From the NCBI RefSeq assembly GCF_006345805.1, contig NC_043015.1:41416001-41480000 (forward strand): 64,000 nucleotides of DNA, read 5' to 3'. The stretch's first letter is position 1. Each line of letters opens with the position of its first letter. Positions 21,532 to 31,932 of the stretch are shown piece after piece. A program made the translations under genes and the position numbers. The notes under the pieces are model-generated. The model searched no databases. It saw only the letters and a list, made by a program, of their open reading frames with translations, and had not been told where the DNA came from. The DNA is from Octopus sinensis (taxonomy: Eukaryota).

Positions 21532-22396
21532 TTAACCCTTTCGATGCCAACCCGGCTGAAACTGCCTCTGGCTCTGTAGTACAAATGTCTTGTTTTCATA
21601 AGTTTTGAATTTAAATCTTCCACCAAACCTTAGTCACAATTTATGTTCCTAACACTAGCTTAATGATAACGAAGTTGTTTTACAAAATTCTTTATTATAT
21701 TTGAAGTAATTGAAAGAAACAGAGAGCATCTCAACAGAAATATGATAACAAGAGTGTTAAAACATATAATAGAGAAATAATTCTTAACCCTTTCATTACC
21801 AACCCAGCTGAAACCGCCCCTGGCTCTGTAGTATGAGTGTCTTGTTTTCATAAGTTTGGAATTAAAATCTTCCACCAAACCTTAGTCACAATTTATGTTC
21901 CTAACAATAGCTTAATGATAATGAAGTTATTGTATTTAATTCTTTGTTTTATTTAAAGTAATTGAAAGAATACAGAGCATCTCAAAATAAATACAGTAAC
22001 GAAAGGGTTAATACCACAACAGACTACTAAAGATAATTTATCACAAGATAATAGGGGCTAGTTTATCAGTCAGTTGGTCAGTTAGTTCAGAAACAGTGAT
22101 TGTCAACCAGTTTTTACCTATAGACCCCTTTGATTCCTATTTTGCTCGGGTGGACCCTTATAGTCATTTGATGTTTAAAAAAATCCTCCGTTAATTAAAT
22201 ATTATTAGGAATTGTTTAACCCTTTCTGGCTCTGTAATACAAATGTTTTGTTTCCATAAGTTTTGAATTAAAATCTTCCACCAAACCTTAGTCACGATTT
22301 ATGTTAAGTTATTTTACTAAATTCTTTGTTATATTTAAAATTAATTGAAAGAAACACAGAACATCTCAAAATAAATATGGTAACAAAAGAGTTTAA
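21532..22396 (+). mobile_element. Cluster of three piggyBac-like TTAA MITEs in MRPS15 intron 6
   Basis: TTAA-CCCTTTC(G/A)TTACC..GTAACGAAAGGG-TTAA termini (e.g. TTAA at 21784-87 and 22008-11; third copy from 22216); units ~180-225 bp. Confidence 0.8.
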
Positions 22397-22474
22397 GAGC
22401 AAGCAGGAATTATCTCTCCTGTATTGTTTATTGTGTTGGTTGCTAATTTAGTTTCTTTTCTTTTTCATTTTCAG

Positions 22475-22891
22475 GATAAAGTTTCAAAAAGTATGTTGTC
22501 TGAAAAGATAGCAAAACGGAGGAAGATGTTAAAAGAACTGAAAAAGCAGAACATGTTCAACTTCCTATGGTTAACGCGTGAACTAAAAGTAATGTATGCT
22601 CCTGTGCCTAAATATAGATATTGGCCTTTGAGCAGGAAGGGCAGCAGGAAAAGGAAGGCACACAAAAAGGCTTTCCGAATGAAAATCCAGAAGATTGAGA
22701 CACTCCGTGAAAAATACAGGACGGAAAAAATTATGTTTGATGCTTACAAAGCTGAAACCCTGAGTCAAATTGAAAAGGATTTGAAGGAGCTTAACCTATC
22801 CATCGATGATGTCTACGATCCAGTAGCTTTGTCTAAAAAGGAACGGGTTAAAAAAGAAAAGGTCCAGTTTCAAGGCCGTATATGGTATTAG
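22475..22891 (+). CDS. MRPS15: MRPS15 exon 7 (last)
   Basis: Acceptor TTTTTCATTTTCAG; DKVSKSMLSEKIAKRRKMLKELKKQNMFNFLWLTRELKVMYAPVPKY matches S15 DK..KR.L...I..RKKMLK.LR..NY..F...LGI.Y..PP; TAG at 22889-22891. Confidence 0.93.
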   Translation, partial: DKVSKSMLSEKIAKRRKMLKELKKQNMFNFLWLTRELKVMYAPVPKYRYWPLSRKGSRKRKAHKKAFRMKIQKIETLREKYRTEKIMFDAYKAETLSQIEKDLKELNLSIDDVYDPVALSKKERVKKEKVQFQGRIWY

Positions 22892-22914
22892 AACCTGTTG
22901 TTTTTTTTTTTGGC

Positions 22915-22920
22915 AATAAA
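22915..22920 (+). terminator. MRPS15 polyadenylation signal
   Basis: AATAAA 24 nt after the stop, preceded by a U-rich tract and followed by T-rich sequence. Confidence 0.65.
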
Positions 22921-23239
22921 TTTATATTTCATTCAAAATGTCTTTATTCTTTATTGTTTCATCTTTAGTCCTTGGACTGCAGCCATGCTGGGGCACCACC
23001 TTGAGGGGTTTGGTCAAACAAATCAACCCCAGTACTTATTTTTAAAGTCTGATACTTATTCTGTCGGTCCTTTTCTGCTGAACTGTTAAGTTAAAGGAAT
23101 GTAATCAAACCAACACTGGTAGTCAAGTGATAGTGGAGGACAAACACAAAGATACATGTAAATATATACATACATGTGTGTGTGTATACACACACACATA
23201 TATATATATCAGAATCAAAATCAAAATCGATCAACATCA

Positions 23240-23840
23240 ATGGAAATTGTAGCTGTGATACCAGTACCGGTGGCACGTAAAAAGCACCATCCGATCGTGG
23301 CCGTTGCCAGCCTCGCCTGGCCCCCGTGCCGGTGGCACGTAAAAAGCACCGTCTGATCATGGCCGTTTGCCAGCCCCGTCTGGCACCTGTGCCAGTGACA
23401 CGTAAAAAGCACCCACTACACTCACAGAGTGGTTGGCGTTAGGAAGGGCATCCAGCTGTAGAGACACTGCCAAATCAGACTGGGGCCTGGTGCAGCCTCC
23501 TGGCTTCCCAGACCCCAGTTGAACCGTCCAACCCGTGCTAGCATGGAAAGCGGATGTTAAACGATGATGATGATATATATCATCATCGTTTAACGTTTAT
23601 TTTCCATGCTAGCATGGGTTGGACGGTTCGACTGGGGTCTGGGAAGCTAGGAGGCTGCACCAGGCTCCAGTCTGATTTGGCAGTGTTTCTACAGCTGGAT
23701 GCCCTTCCTAACGCCAACCACTCTGTGAATGTAGTGGCTGCCTTTTATGTGCCACCTGCACAAGGGCCAGAGGAGGCTGGCAACGGCCACAATAGGTTGG
23801 TGCTTTTTACGTGCCACCAGCACGGGTATCACTACAGATG
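23240..23840. mobile_element. Tail-to-tail pair of RTE-type 3' ends
   Basis: Plus copy ends GTTAAACGATGATGATGAT at ~23575; minus copy begins CATCATCGTTTAACG at 23581. Confidence 0.85.
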
Positions 23841-23844
23841 CATA

Positions 23845-24395
23845 TGTATGAAGCATACTTTGTTGGATGTACGACGTAGTGTGAGCATCTTGAGGGAAAA
23901 GCTGGGTGTAAGAAGCATCAGATGCTGTGTGCAAGAGAGATGATTGGACTGGTATGGATGAGGAGACAGCTGTGTGAAAAAGCGTCACACTCTAAGAGTG
24001 GTAGGAACCTGTAGAAGACATGGCACAAGATGGTGAAGCATGATCTTTGAATGACGGGCCTCACGAAGGCGATGACAAGTGACCGAGACCTTTGGTGATA
24101 TTCTGTGCTTGAGAAAACTGGTCAAGCGAAATGAAATTGTAGTTGTGGCAGATGCTGGTGTCGTGTAGCTGGCATCCATTCTAGTGGCACAAAAAAGCAC
24201 CCATGCCAGTGGCACATAAAAATCTCGCATTACACTCTTGGAGTGGTTGGCGTTAGGAAGGGCATCCAGCCGTAAAAACCAAGCCAAACCAGACAGGAAC
24301 CTAGTGCAGCCCTCCGGATTACCAGTTCCAGCGAATAGGTCTAACCCATGCCAGCATGGAAAACAGATGCTAAATGATGATGATGATGATGATGA
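23845..24395 (+). mobile_element. RTE LINE C-terminal fragment and 3' UTR with (GAT)n tail
   Basis: VSILREKLGVRSIRCCVQER..WYG, then GGAAGGGCATCCAGCCGT..ATGATGATG. Confidence 0.7.
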
Positions 24396-25622
24396 TGTAT
24401 CTATAAACGACGGGCTTTCAAATAATTTTCATAAATCATCAATCAAAGTCGGCTTCGGATTATAGCAGGAAATACTTGCTCAAGGTGGGACTGAATCCGA
24501 AAACTAGAGGTTGCTAAGCGAACTTCTTAATCACCTGACCAGATAATTCCTTCTTGCTCTTTACGTGCTGAGTTCAAATCCTGCCGATGTTAGCTTTGCC
24601 TTTAATCCTTCGCTGATCGATAAATCACGTATCAGTTAAGCTCGGGGGTGGGGGGGGTCAATGTAATCGATGATTAATCTTCTCCTTCTACTATTGCTGG
24701 CCTTGTGTCATAGTTTGTAACCGATTTCTGTAAAAAAAAAATATAGAAAAAGAAAACGACAGAATCGGGCCGTCCGCATTTTAAAACCGAAAATTAAAAA
24801 AAACAAAATTTCCCAAAACCTTTTCCCTCCATGTCGCCCACCCATCACTACATCACTTCCAAAGTTTCCCTTTTAGCGTCGCAGTCAATGCATGCGCAAT
24901 GGCGAAAAGGGTTTCAAAACTTCCTGTTTATGCCCTAGACTGCCAGGGGTAATTTTTTTTTTTCAAATTGAAATTTTACAAAAGTTTTTGGAAATTTTTT
25001 TTCCAGACTCATAATCTCCGTATTTTTCCGCATATTTTGAAAAAAAACAAAAAATTCCTGAAAGAAGTCAAATATGAAGTTAGAGGGGAGGGGGGACAGA
25101 AATTAAAAAATGCCGATTTTTGGCAATTTCCCGGAATCTCCGTAGCCAAAAACGTGGGTTTTCGGAAAAAAAAAATTTCGGACATATTGGGGGGAGGTGG
25201 CGGAATTCTTTCCCCGGTATTAACTAGAAGACAAAAAAACAAAAAAAAAAAGGAAGCAAATCGTGTTTGCAGTCATATATTTTATCTTTCTTCGCCGTGG
25301 AGCAGTCAGAGACAAGTTTTTAAAAAGTGCAGCAAAACCATATTGATTGTTTTTATTTAATACGGCAATTTGTCCGTCACCTTTTCAACTTTCACACGGG
25401 CCACCTTCACCTCCAAACACTGGTTGGAACGACGAAAATTGTGATGAGAGATTTGAAGATCGTTCTGTAATAATGACCTTCGGGAAAATGCCTTTGCTAA
25501 GAAAACATCGAATGAATATTATAACATGGAAGTAGTAACAGAAGTATGCTCTACTCTCTCTCTCTCTCTCGTCTCGCCATTTCTTTCTCAGGAAGTATAT
25601 GCGAACTTTTCAAACAAAAATA

Positions 25623-25794
25623 GGCACAGGAGTGGCTGTGTTGTAAGTAGCTTGCTTACCAACCACATAGTTCCGGGTTCAGTCCCACTGCGTGGCATCT
25701 TGGGCAAGTGTCTTCTGCTATAGCCCCGGGCCGACCAATGCCTTGTGAGTGGATTTGGTAGACGGAAACTGAAAAGAAGCCTGTCGTATATATG

Positions 25795-25827
<33 letters not shown>

Positions 25828-26021
25828 CTGTGTTTGTCTCCCTAGCATTGCTTGACAACCGATGCTGGTGTGTTTACGTCCCCGTAACTTAGCGGTTCGG
25901 CAAAAGACAACGATAGAATAAGTACTGGGCTTACAAAGAATAAGTCTCGATTTGCTCGACTAAAGGCGGTGCTCCAGCATGGCCGCAGTCAAATGACTGA
26001 AACAAGTAGAAGAGTAAAGAG
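25623..26021 (+). mobile_element. SINE family A, full length
   Basis: GGCACAGGAGTGGCTGTGTTGTAAGTAGC..GACTGAAACAAGTAGAAGAGTAAAGAG. Confidence 0.88.
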
Positions 26022-26303
26022 CATATGCTTTTACGGAGACAATAATTATATCCTTTTCGGGCCCTCGTACATGAGTAATGAGTGATGAAGGGAAATGAAG
26101 GGCGACAACTGTAATTTGAATACTTGAAATTTTGTGTTTTTCTGCAAAAACAGTAGCAGTATTAAAATTGTGTATGAAATATACGAAAGGCGACACGACG
26201 AGAGAGAAGCACTTTTCTTCAACTATTTTTCTATGTATTCAAAGGATTAAACAATTTAAATAAAAATAAAGGAAAAAATGAAAAAGAAAAAAAAGCTATC
26301 GCC

Positions 26304-26375
26304 TGCGTCGGCCGGGAGTCGAACCCGGATCGACTGCTTGGAAGGCAACCATGCTAACCGTTACACCACCGACGC
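26304..26375 (-). tRNA. tRNA-Gly (anticodon TCC), intronless
   Basis: Reverse complement GCGTCGGTGGTGTAACGGTTAGCATGGTTGCCTTCCAAGCAGTCGATCCGGGTTCGACTCCCGGCCGACGCA: 7-bp acceptor stem GCGTCGG/CCGACGC, loop CT-TCC-AA, intact A and B boxes, discriminator A, downstream oligo-T terminator (26281-26294). Confidence 0.96.
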
Positions 26376-27075
26376 TGACAGTTTTCAAGGTCCAAAATTC
26401 TTTACTAGTACCAAAAAATATTTCGTTACTATCCGCAATATTTCTTAATATTTGTAGCAGGTGGTTTTTATTCCATTTAAGGCAGCGAAATTAATAATAA
26501 TGCCTAAATATAGCTTATTTCTGTCATTTTATCAAGTTTTAGATTTTATTCCATTGCTTGGCAATAGTGGAAGAATTTTATTTTGACGTTGCGCTGCGTA
26601 AGCGTTTTTTTTTTCTTATTCCTCGGCGATGTTTGAATATAGCGTACCACATCGATGCAGGCAATATGTTCTGTATTTTTTCACAAATTATACGATCAAA
26701 CTAAAGGGTTTGGCTCGAGCAGAAAAAAAAAAAGAAGAAATAGTGTAATAGGTGTAAAACTAATTGGTCTAAACGAATAGGGGAAAAAAAATGCGCGCTC
26801 GCGAATGGGGTGGGTGGGGGAGAAGACTCACCACTGCCAAAAAAAAAAAAAAAGACTTTAATTGTGTAATAGGTGTACAACAACGTGTAATGAATTAATA
26901 TGAAAAGAAAAATACGCGCCGGCGAACGTGGGGGTGTATAAGCACACACACACACACACACACACAACACACACACACACACACATACATACATACATAC
27001 ATACATACATACATACATACATACACACACACACATATGTATGTATGTATGGATGGATGGATGTATATATATATA

Positions 27076-27126
<51 letters not shown>

Positions 27127-27269
27127 TGTGTGTATGTATATATATATTATTATTATTATTACTGAGATGTACTTGCATAGCAAGTGACCTGATCTGAGAT
27201 CGTGTGCTGCAACGAAAACAATTGCAGCGTGGAAGGTGTTTGTAAGCCATTTAAGGAACACACATTATT

Positions 27270-27610
27270 ATTATCGTTTAATGTCCGCTTTCCATGCTAG
27301 CATGGGTTGGACGATTTGACTGAGGACTGGTGAACCTGATGGCTGCACCAGGCTCCAATCTGATCTGGTAGAGTTTCTACAGCTGGATGCCCTTCCTCAC
27401 GCCAACCATCCTGAGAGTGTAGTGGGTGCTTTTACGTGCCACTGGCACGAGGGCCAGTCAGGCGGTACTGGCAACGGTCACGCTTAAGTGGTGCTTTTTA
27501 CGTGTCACCTGCACAGGAGCCAGTCCAGCGGCACTGGCAACGACCTCGCTCGAATGCTTTTTCACGTGCCACCGGCAGTAAGGCGACGCAGGTAACGATC
27601 ACGCTCAAAT
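27270..27610 (-). mobile_element. RTE-type 3' end variant
   Basis: ATCGTTTAATGTCCGCTTTCCATGCTAGCATGGGTTGGACGATTTGACTGAGGAC..; close relative at 40165-40450. Confidence 0.75.
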
Positions 27611-28144
27611 GGCGCTTTTTACGAAATATTTATTCACCGTTAGTTAAAATACTTTACCTCGTCGAGCAGATTATGATAAATCCAAAAGCATGCGAAATAA
27701 AGTTTGTGCTTGTGTTCTCTTCATTGTTTAGTAGTAAATACAGAGAGAGATAGAATGATGTAAAAGAACAGAATTAGAGCTAGTGAGAGTTGTAGGGTTG
27801 TGGGACGTTGTCTCACAGTTGCTGACAGTAAACTTCATTTCTCCCTCTGACCAAGGTTCTAGCTGGCCACTCAGACTTCGTTCTTACTGAGTTGTTAATG
27901 AAATGACTAAATGTCTTTTACGTGCAGGTTCTTGCTTTTATAACTATCCAGAAGGATAGGTTGAGAACAATGGGCTTCGTTGGTGGAAATGTGATGTCTC
28001 TATTTTAGCTTTTGCTGAAGTAGAAGGGGTTATAAGGGTCAAGTGGTGAAGACATTATTTCGGCCTAGCTAAAGGCAATCTGGAAAATGTAAAACCGCTG
28101 TCAGAGAAAAACTTTTGTTTTACCGTGAGAAAAGTTCTGTTGAG

Positions 28145-28318
28145 CTGTTAATTTAAATTTGGTTATGGTGGATCGAATCCACTTCATGCTTGCAAGATTC
28201 ACCACACACACACGCACACACACATATATATGTCTCTGTGTGTGCTTGTGTGTGTGTGTAGTGAATCTTGCAAGCATGAAGTGGATTCGATCCACCATAG
28301 CCAAATTTAAATTAACAG
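28145..28318. repeat. Near-perfect inverted repeat (58-bp arms, partly pairing CA/TG spacer)
   Basis: 28145-28202 is the reverse complement of 28261-28318 except one T/G position. Confidence 0.95.
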
Positions 28319-28323
28319 TTCTA

Positions 28324-28658
28324 TGTGTTGGCTGAATGCTATTTTTCTGTTTTGGGGAATTTTGATCTGGGATCTGTGCAGAGCCATTCTTTTACGTAGA
28401 CTGTTTTTTGTTTGGCCTATGTATTGCTCTTGACACCCAGAGCAGGTCAGTGCGTATATCAGGTTCTCCGAAGCACAAAATACAGACCCCTTTTGAACAT
28501 GTCTACGACAAACAACATATCTACGACAAACAACATATCTACCACGGCCTTAGAATAAAACAAATCCACACGCAGATATTTAAAATGATACAATCTTACC
28601 CGTTACAGTTGGTTACACGAAAATAAAAACCTAGCCACTACAATTGGTGACCCTCGAC
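28324..28658 (+). mobile_element. Probable LTR retrotransposon remnant: LTR plus tRNA-Trp-type PBS
   Basis: TG.. start at ~28324/28326, AATAAA near the end, ..CTACA end at 28642, then AT and TGGTGACCC(T)CGAC (28645-58), complementary to the tRNA-Trp 3' end apart from one extra T. No second LTR or pol was seen. Confidence 0.5.
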
Positions 28659-28828
28659 TTCAACATAAAAACTTTATCGTTACAAAACCTTATTGTCACA
28701 ATTGGTGCGTAACGGTAAATAAATACTTTCTTAAAACTTCATGTATTGTTCATATTTCACATTCTACAGTATGCGATTATAAGAACAAATTTTTCGTCGT
28801 TACAACTGCTGACTCCGACATTTCATTA

Positions 28829-29350
28829 CCGCAAATCCTCGAGTATAGTCCGCCCTTGAGTATAATACGCAGGGGATTTTTAGAGGGCTGTATCTATGAA
28901 AAACCTAAACCTTGTATATAATACGCACCCCTTCTCTAACTTGAGTCGTACGTAATTAAGCCAGCAGCACCTAGTCGAACAAGCACTTCTGCGCATGCGT
29001 AATACAATAATGGTGATGTTCTTAACTGTTATATGGGAATGTAAATATGTTTGCAAATTGTTTTTGTTACATGTTATTCTGTGTTCAGAATACTTTTATT
29101 CTAATAAATGTTGCTTATTGCAAGTTATGGATGATTCTTTTATGACTTCATTGTTTTCAGGCTTAGCTTAAGGTATTTTCGCATCTGACATCACAAAATG
29201 CGTCTGAATAAACATTGCCGGACAGCAAATAGAGACTCGGACATTGCTTAGAAAATGTTTTTCATTTTTAATCTCGTATATAGTACGCACTAGGGATTTT
29301 GACCACTAAATTTTGGGGGGAAAATGCGGATTATACTCGAGGATTTACGG
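28829..29350. mobile_element. Tc2/pogo-like MITE
   Basis: TA-CCGCAAATCCTCGAGTATAGTCCGC..GCGGATTATACTCGAGGATTTACGG-TA, with internal TATA(A/G)TACGCA repeats. Confidence 0.9.
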
Positions 29351-29644
29351 TATGTTGTTTACTAATCAATTTCTCCCGCTACATACTCTTTCAAGGCCTT
29401 CCAACTCAAATCTGATCCATTTTCTATTTAAAGCTGGAATAAGTAATTTCCATTATCCTTTGCCAGGTATTATCCCCGAAACTTTACCTATTGTGCTACT
29501 ACTGACTGCTGTTATCTTTTACCTTGGATTTTAACTCTTCGATCATGGAAATATCAAACACATCTATCTTCCACCCTAGAAATTCCTTGGTTTCTCGAAG
29601 AACTGGTTAACTAATAACATCCTCAATTGAGAATATTCTACATA

Positions 29645-29822
29645 GGTGCAAGCATGGCTGTGTAGCAAGACGCTTGCTTCCCAAACACAAGGTTCCGGGT
29701 TCAGTACTACTGTGTGGCAAGTGCCTTCTGCTATAACCTCGGGCTGAACAAAGCCTTGTGAGTGGATTTGGTGGACGGAAACTGAAAGAATCCCGTAGTA
29801 TATAATATATATTTATACGTAT

Positions 29823-29898
<76 letters not shown>

Positions 29899-30124
29899 AC
29901 GTGTGTGTGTCTTTGTGTCTGTGTTTTCCCCTACCCCATCACTGCTTGACGACTGGTGCTGGTATGTCTATGTCCCCGTAACTTAGCGATTTGGTAAAAG
30001 AGACTGATAGAATATATACTAGGTTTTAAAAAAAGTAAGTCCTGGGGTTGATTTGTTTGACTAAAACCCTTCAAGGCAGTGCTCCAGCTTGGTCGTAGTC
30101 AAATGACTGAAACAAGTAAAAGAA
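29645..30124 (+). mobile_element. SINE family A with expanded internal (TA)n
   Basis: Family head, ~90-bp (TA)n and tail TGACTGAAACAAGTAAAAGA. Confidence 0.82.
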
Positions 30125-30518
30125 TTTCTAAATTTTTTCTTTCTCTCTCTCTCCAATGGCGGATAGTTTGCATGGATTTCTGTACTTAATAACATATGGT
30201 CCACATGCTCCGTTAATCTAGAAACAGCTGTAAGAGACTTTACATATATATCATAACTACATTGCGCTATGGCCATATGGTAAATTAAATGTTCTAAAAT
30301 GATGTTAAATGCTTTCCTTGTTTAATTATCTGTTTTAATATATATCTACCTGCTCAATGATGAATCACTTCCAGCCACTTTTGATAGGCAGTTTCAGGAC
30401 CACATTTTGCAGTTGAAGTTCATGCTGGAGTTTGAGTGGAAAATCAAATTGAGCACTCAAAACACATACCTATAACATTACATCAATTGACGAAAATTTT
30501 TTGTACAGGCCTAATATA

Positions 30519-31024
30519 TCTATATATATAAAACTCTAGTTGTGTGAGTGTCTGTCCCCTTCGATTTAGATTCCTAACTCCTCCCACATTTTGCGGTGCA
30601 GTTTAACCAAATTCGGGTATCTTATAGTCGTGATTCATATCGAGCCCGTCTGACTATTAGCGCGCGTCAACGATGAGTCTACGATTTTAAAAATAATTTA
30701 ACATCATTTTTTATTCCATTTTAATGCATAAAATGCATCGTGTGTCGATGGCGGCGGAGTTGGCGTCCACGCTCACAGCTGCACCTGTTTGCTTCTCCCC
30801 CTTCCCTCCCTCGTGAAGCTGTGGGGAAGGGAGTGTAAAGAAATCAACGTCGTAATGCGTTGTGAAGGAAACCAGCGTTCTTTTAGAACAACGACTTCAT
30901 GGCTTGAAGACACCGAAACAAAAATGGCTAAGAAAGCCCGAATTTATAAGGGAAGTAACTCTCTAAAAATGCTTATATAGTTATTTCCCTTACAAACCCG
31001 AGCAACGCCGGGCGATACTGCTAG
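30519..31024 (+). mobile_element. Non-autonomous Helitron
   Basis: A|TCTATATATATAAAACTCTAG..CCCGAGCAACGCCGGG..CTAG|T; same 3' terminus as 8091-8480 but a different interior. Confidence 0.9.
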
Positions 31025-31133
31025 TATATATATATAAGTTCAGTAAAATTTAGATTCAGATGAATATGGTACTTAAGTTGAAGGCACCAGAATTTAGTAT
31101 GGTGTTATCCATATAATTGAAAAGGTGATTAAA

Positions 31134-31306
31134 ATCAAAATAAGCAACAAAGATATCCAGAGGTAATGCAGTACGATCGTTTCATGCGACTCCATTTAAT
31201 TGAAAATGCAAATATTTGATGAAATATTTGCATTGTTCAATTAAATGGAGTCGCATGAAACGATCGTACTTCATTACCTCTGGATATACTTGTTGCTTAT
31301 TTTGAT
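31134..31306. repeat. Near-perfect foldback (84/85-bp arms, 4-nt loop GATG)
   Basis: 31134-31217 pairs with 31222-31306 with 3 substitutions and a 1-nt indel. Confidence 0.95.
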
Positions 31307-31702
31307 ATATATAAAACTATGAATGTGTGTCTGTCTCTCTGTATGTGTGCATCACTAAAACTCGAGAACTACCCAACCGATTTCATTCAAATTTTACTCA
31401 TGCCTTACTTAGGTTCCATGCTCTCACACACACACATTAAGAAGTTAAATGTTATGGCCGCTCATACAATTTCCATATGTTTTGTACTTACAAAATGCTT
31501 ACCCGTATAGGCTAAGCGCTTTACAGGTGAGAAACTAATGGTCACTCTATGACAGGACGTGACATTTAACTTCCTAAAATTATAAATTACTGCTCTAATA
31601 CTTTAGAGTGTGTTTCATTTTCGGACATATGGACTACGTAGTGTGATGTCATAAACCCCACCCTACAAAAAAAGTAAAAAAACTCCCGAGCAATACAATA
31701 TC

Positions 31703-31932
31703 TATTTCTTTATTACCCACAAGGGGCTAAACATAGAGGGGACAAACAAGGACAGCCAAACGGATTAAGTCGATTACATCGACCCCAGTGCGTAACTGGT
31801 ACTTATTTAATCGACCCCGAAAGGATGAAAGGCAAAGTCGACCTCGGCGGAATTTGAACTCAGAACGTAGCGACAGACGAAATACGGCTACGCATTTCGC
31901 CCGGCGTGCTAACGTTTCTGCCAGCTCGAATA
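31703..31932 (-). mobile_element. Young SINE family B copy with 17-bp TSD
   Basis: TSD CCGAGCAATACAATATC at 31686-31702 and 31933-31949; inserted near the 3' end of a Helitron-like element (~31305-31700). Confidence 0.9.

Noticed and set aside
29387-29432. Possible 46-nt minus-strand exon (LNRNGSDLSWKALK) with good AG/GT sites
   Set aside because: No phase-compatible neighbouring exon or recognisable protein; cannot be supported without transcript data.
30355-30440. C-box (ATGATGA) suggesting a C/D snoRNA; other ATGATGA hits also checked
   Set aside because: No suitably spaced D-box (CTGA) with a terminal stem; most ATGATGA hits are (GAT)n retroposon tails.
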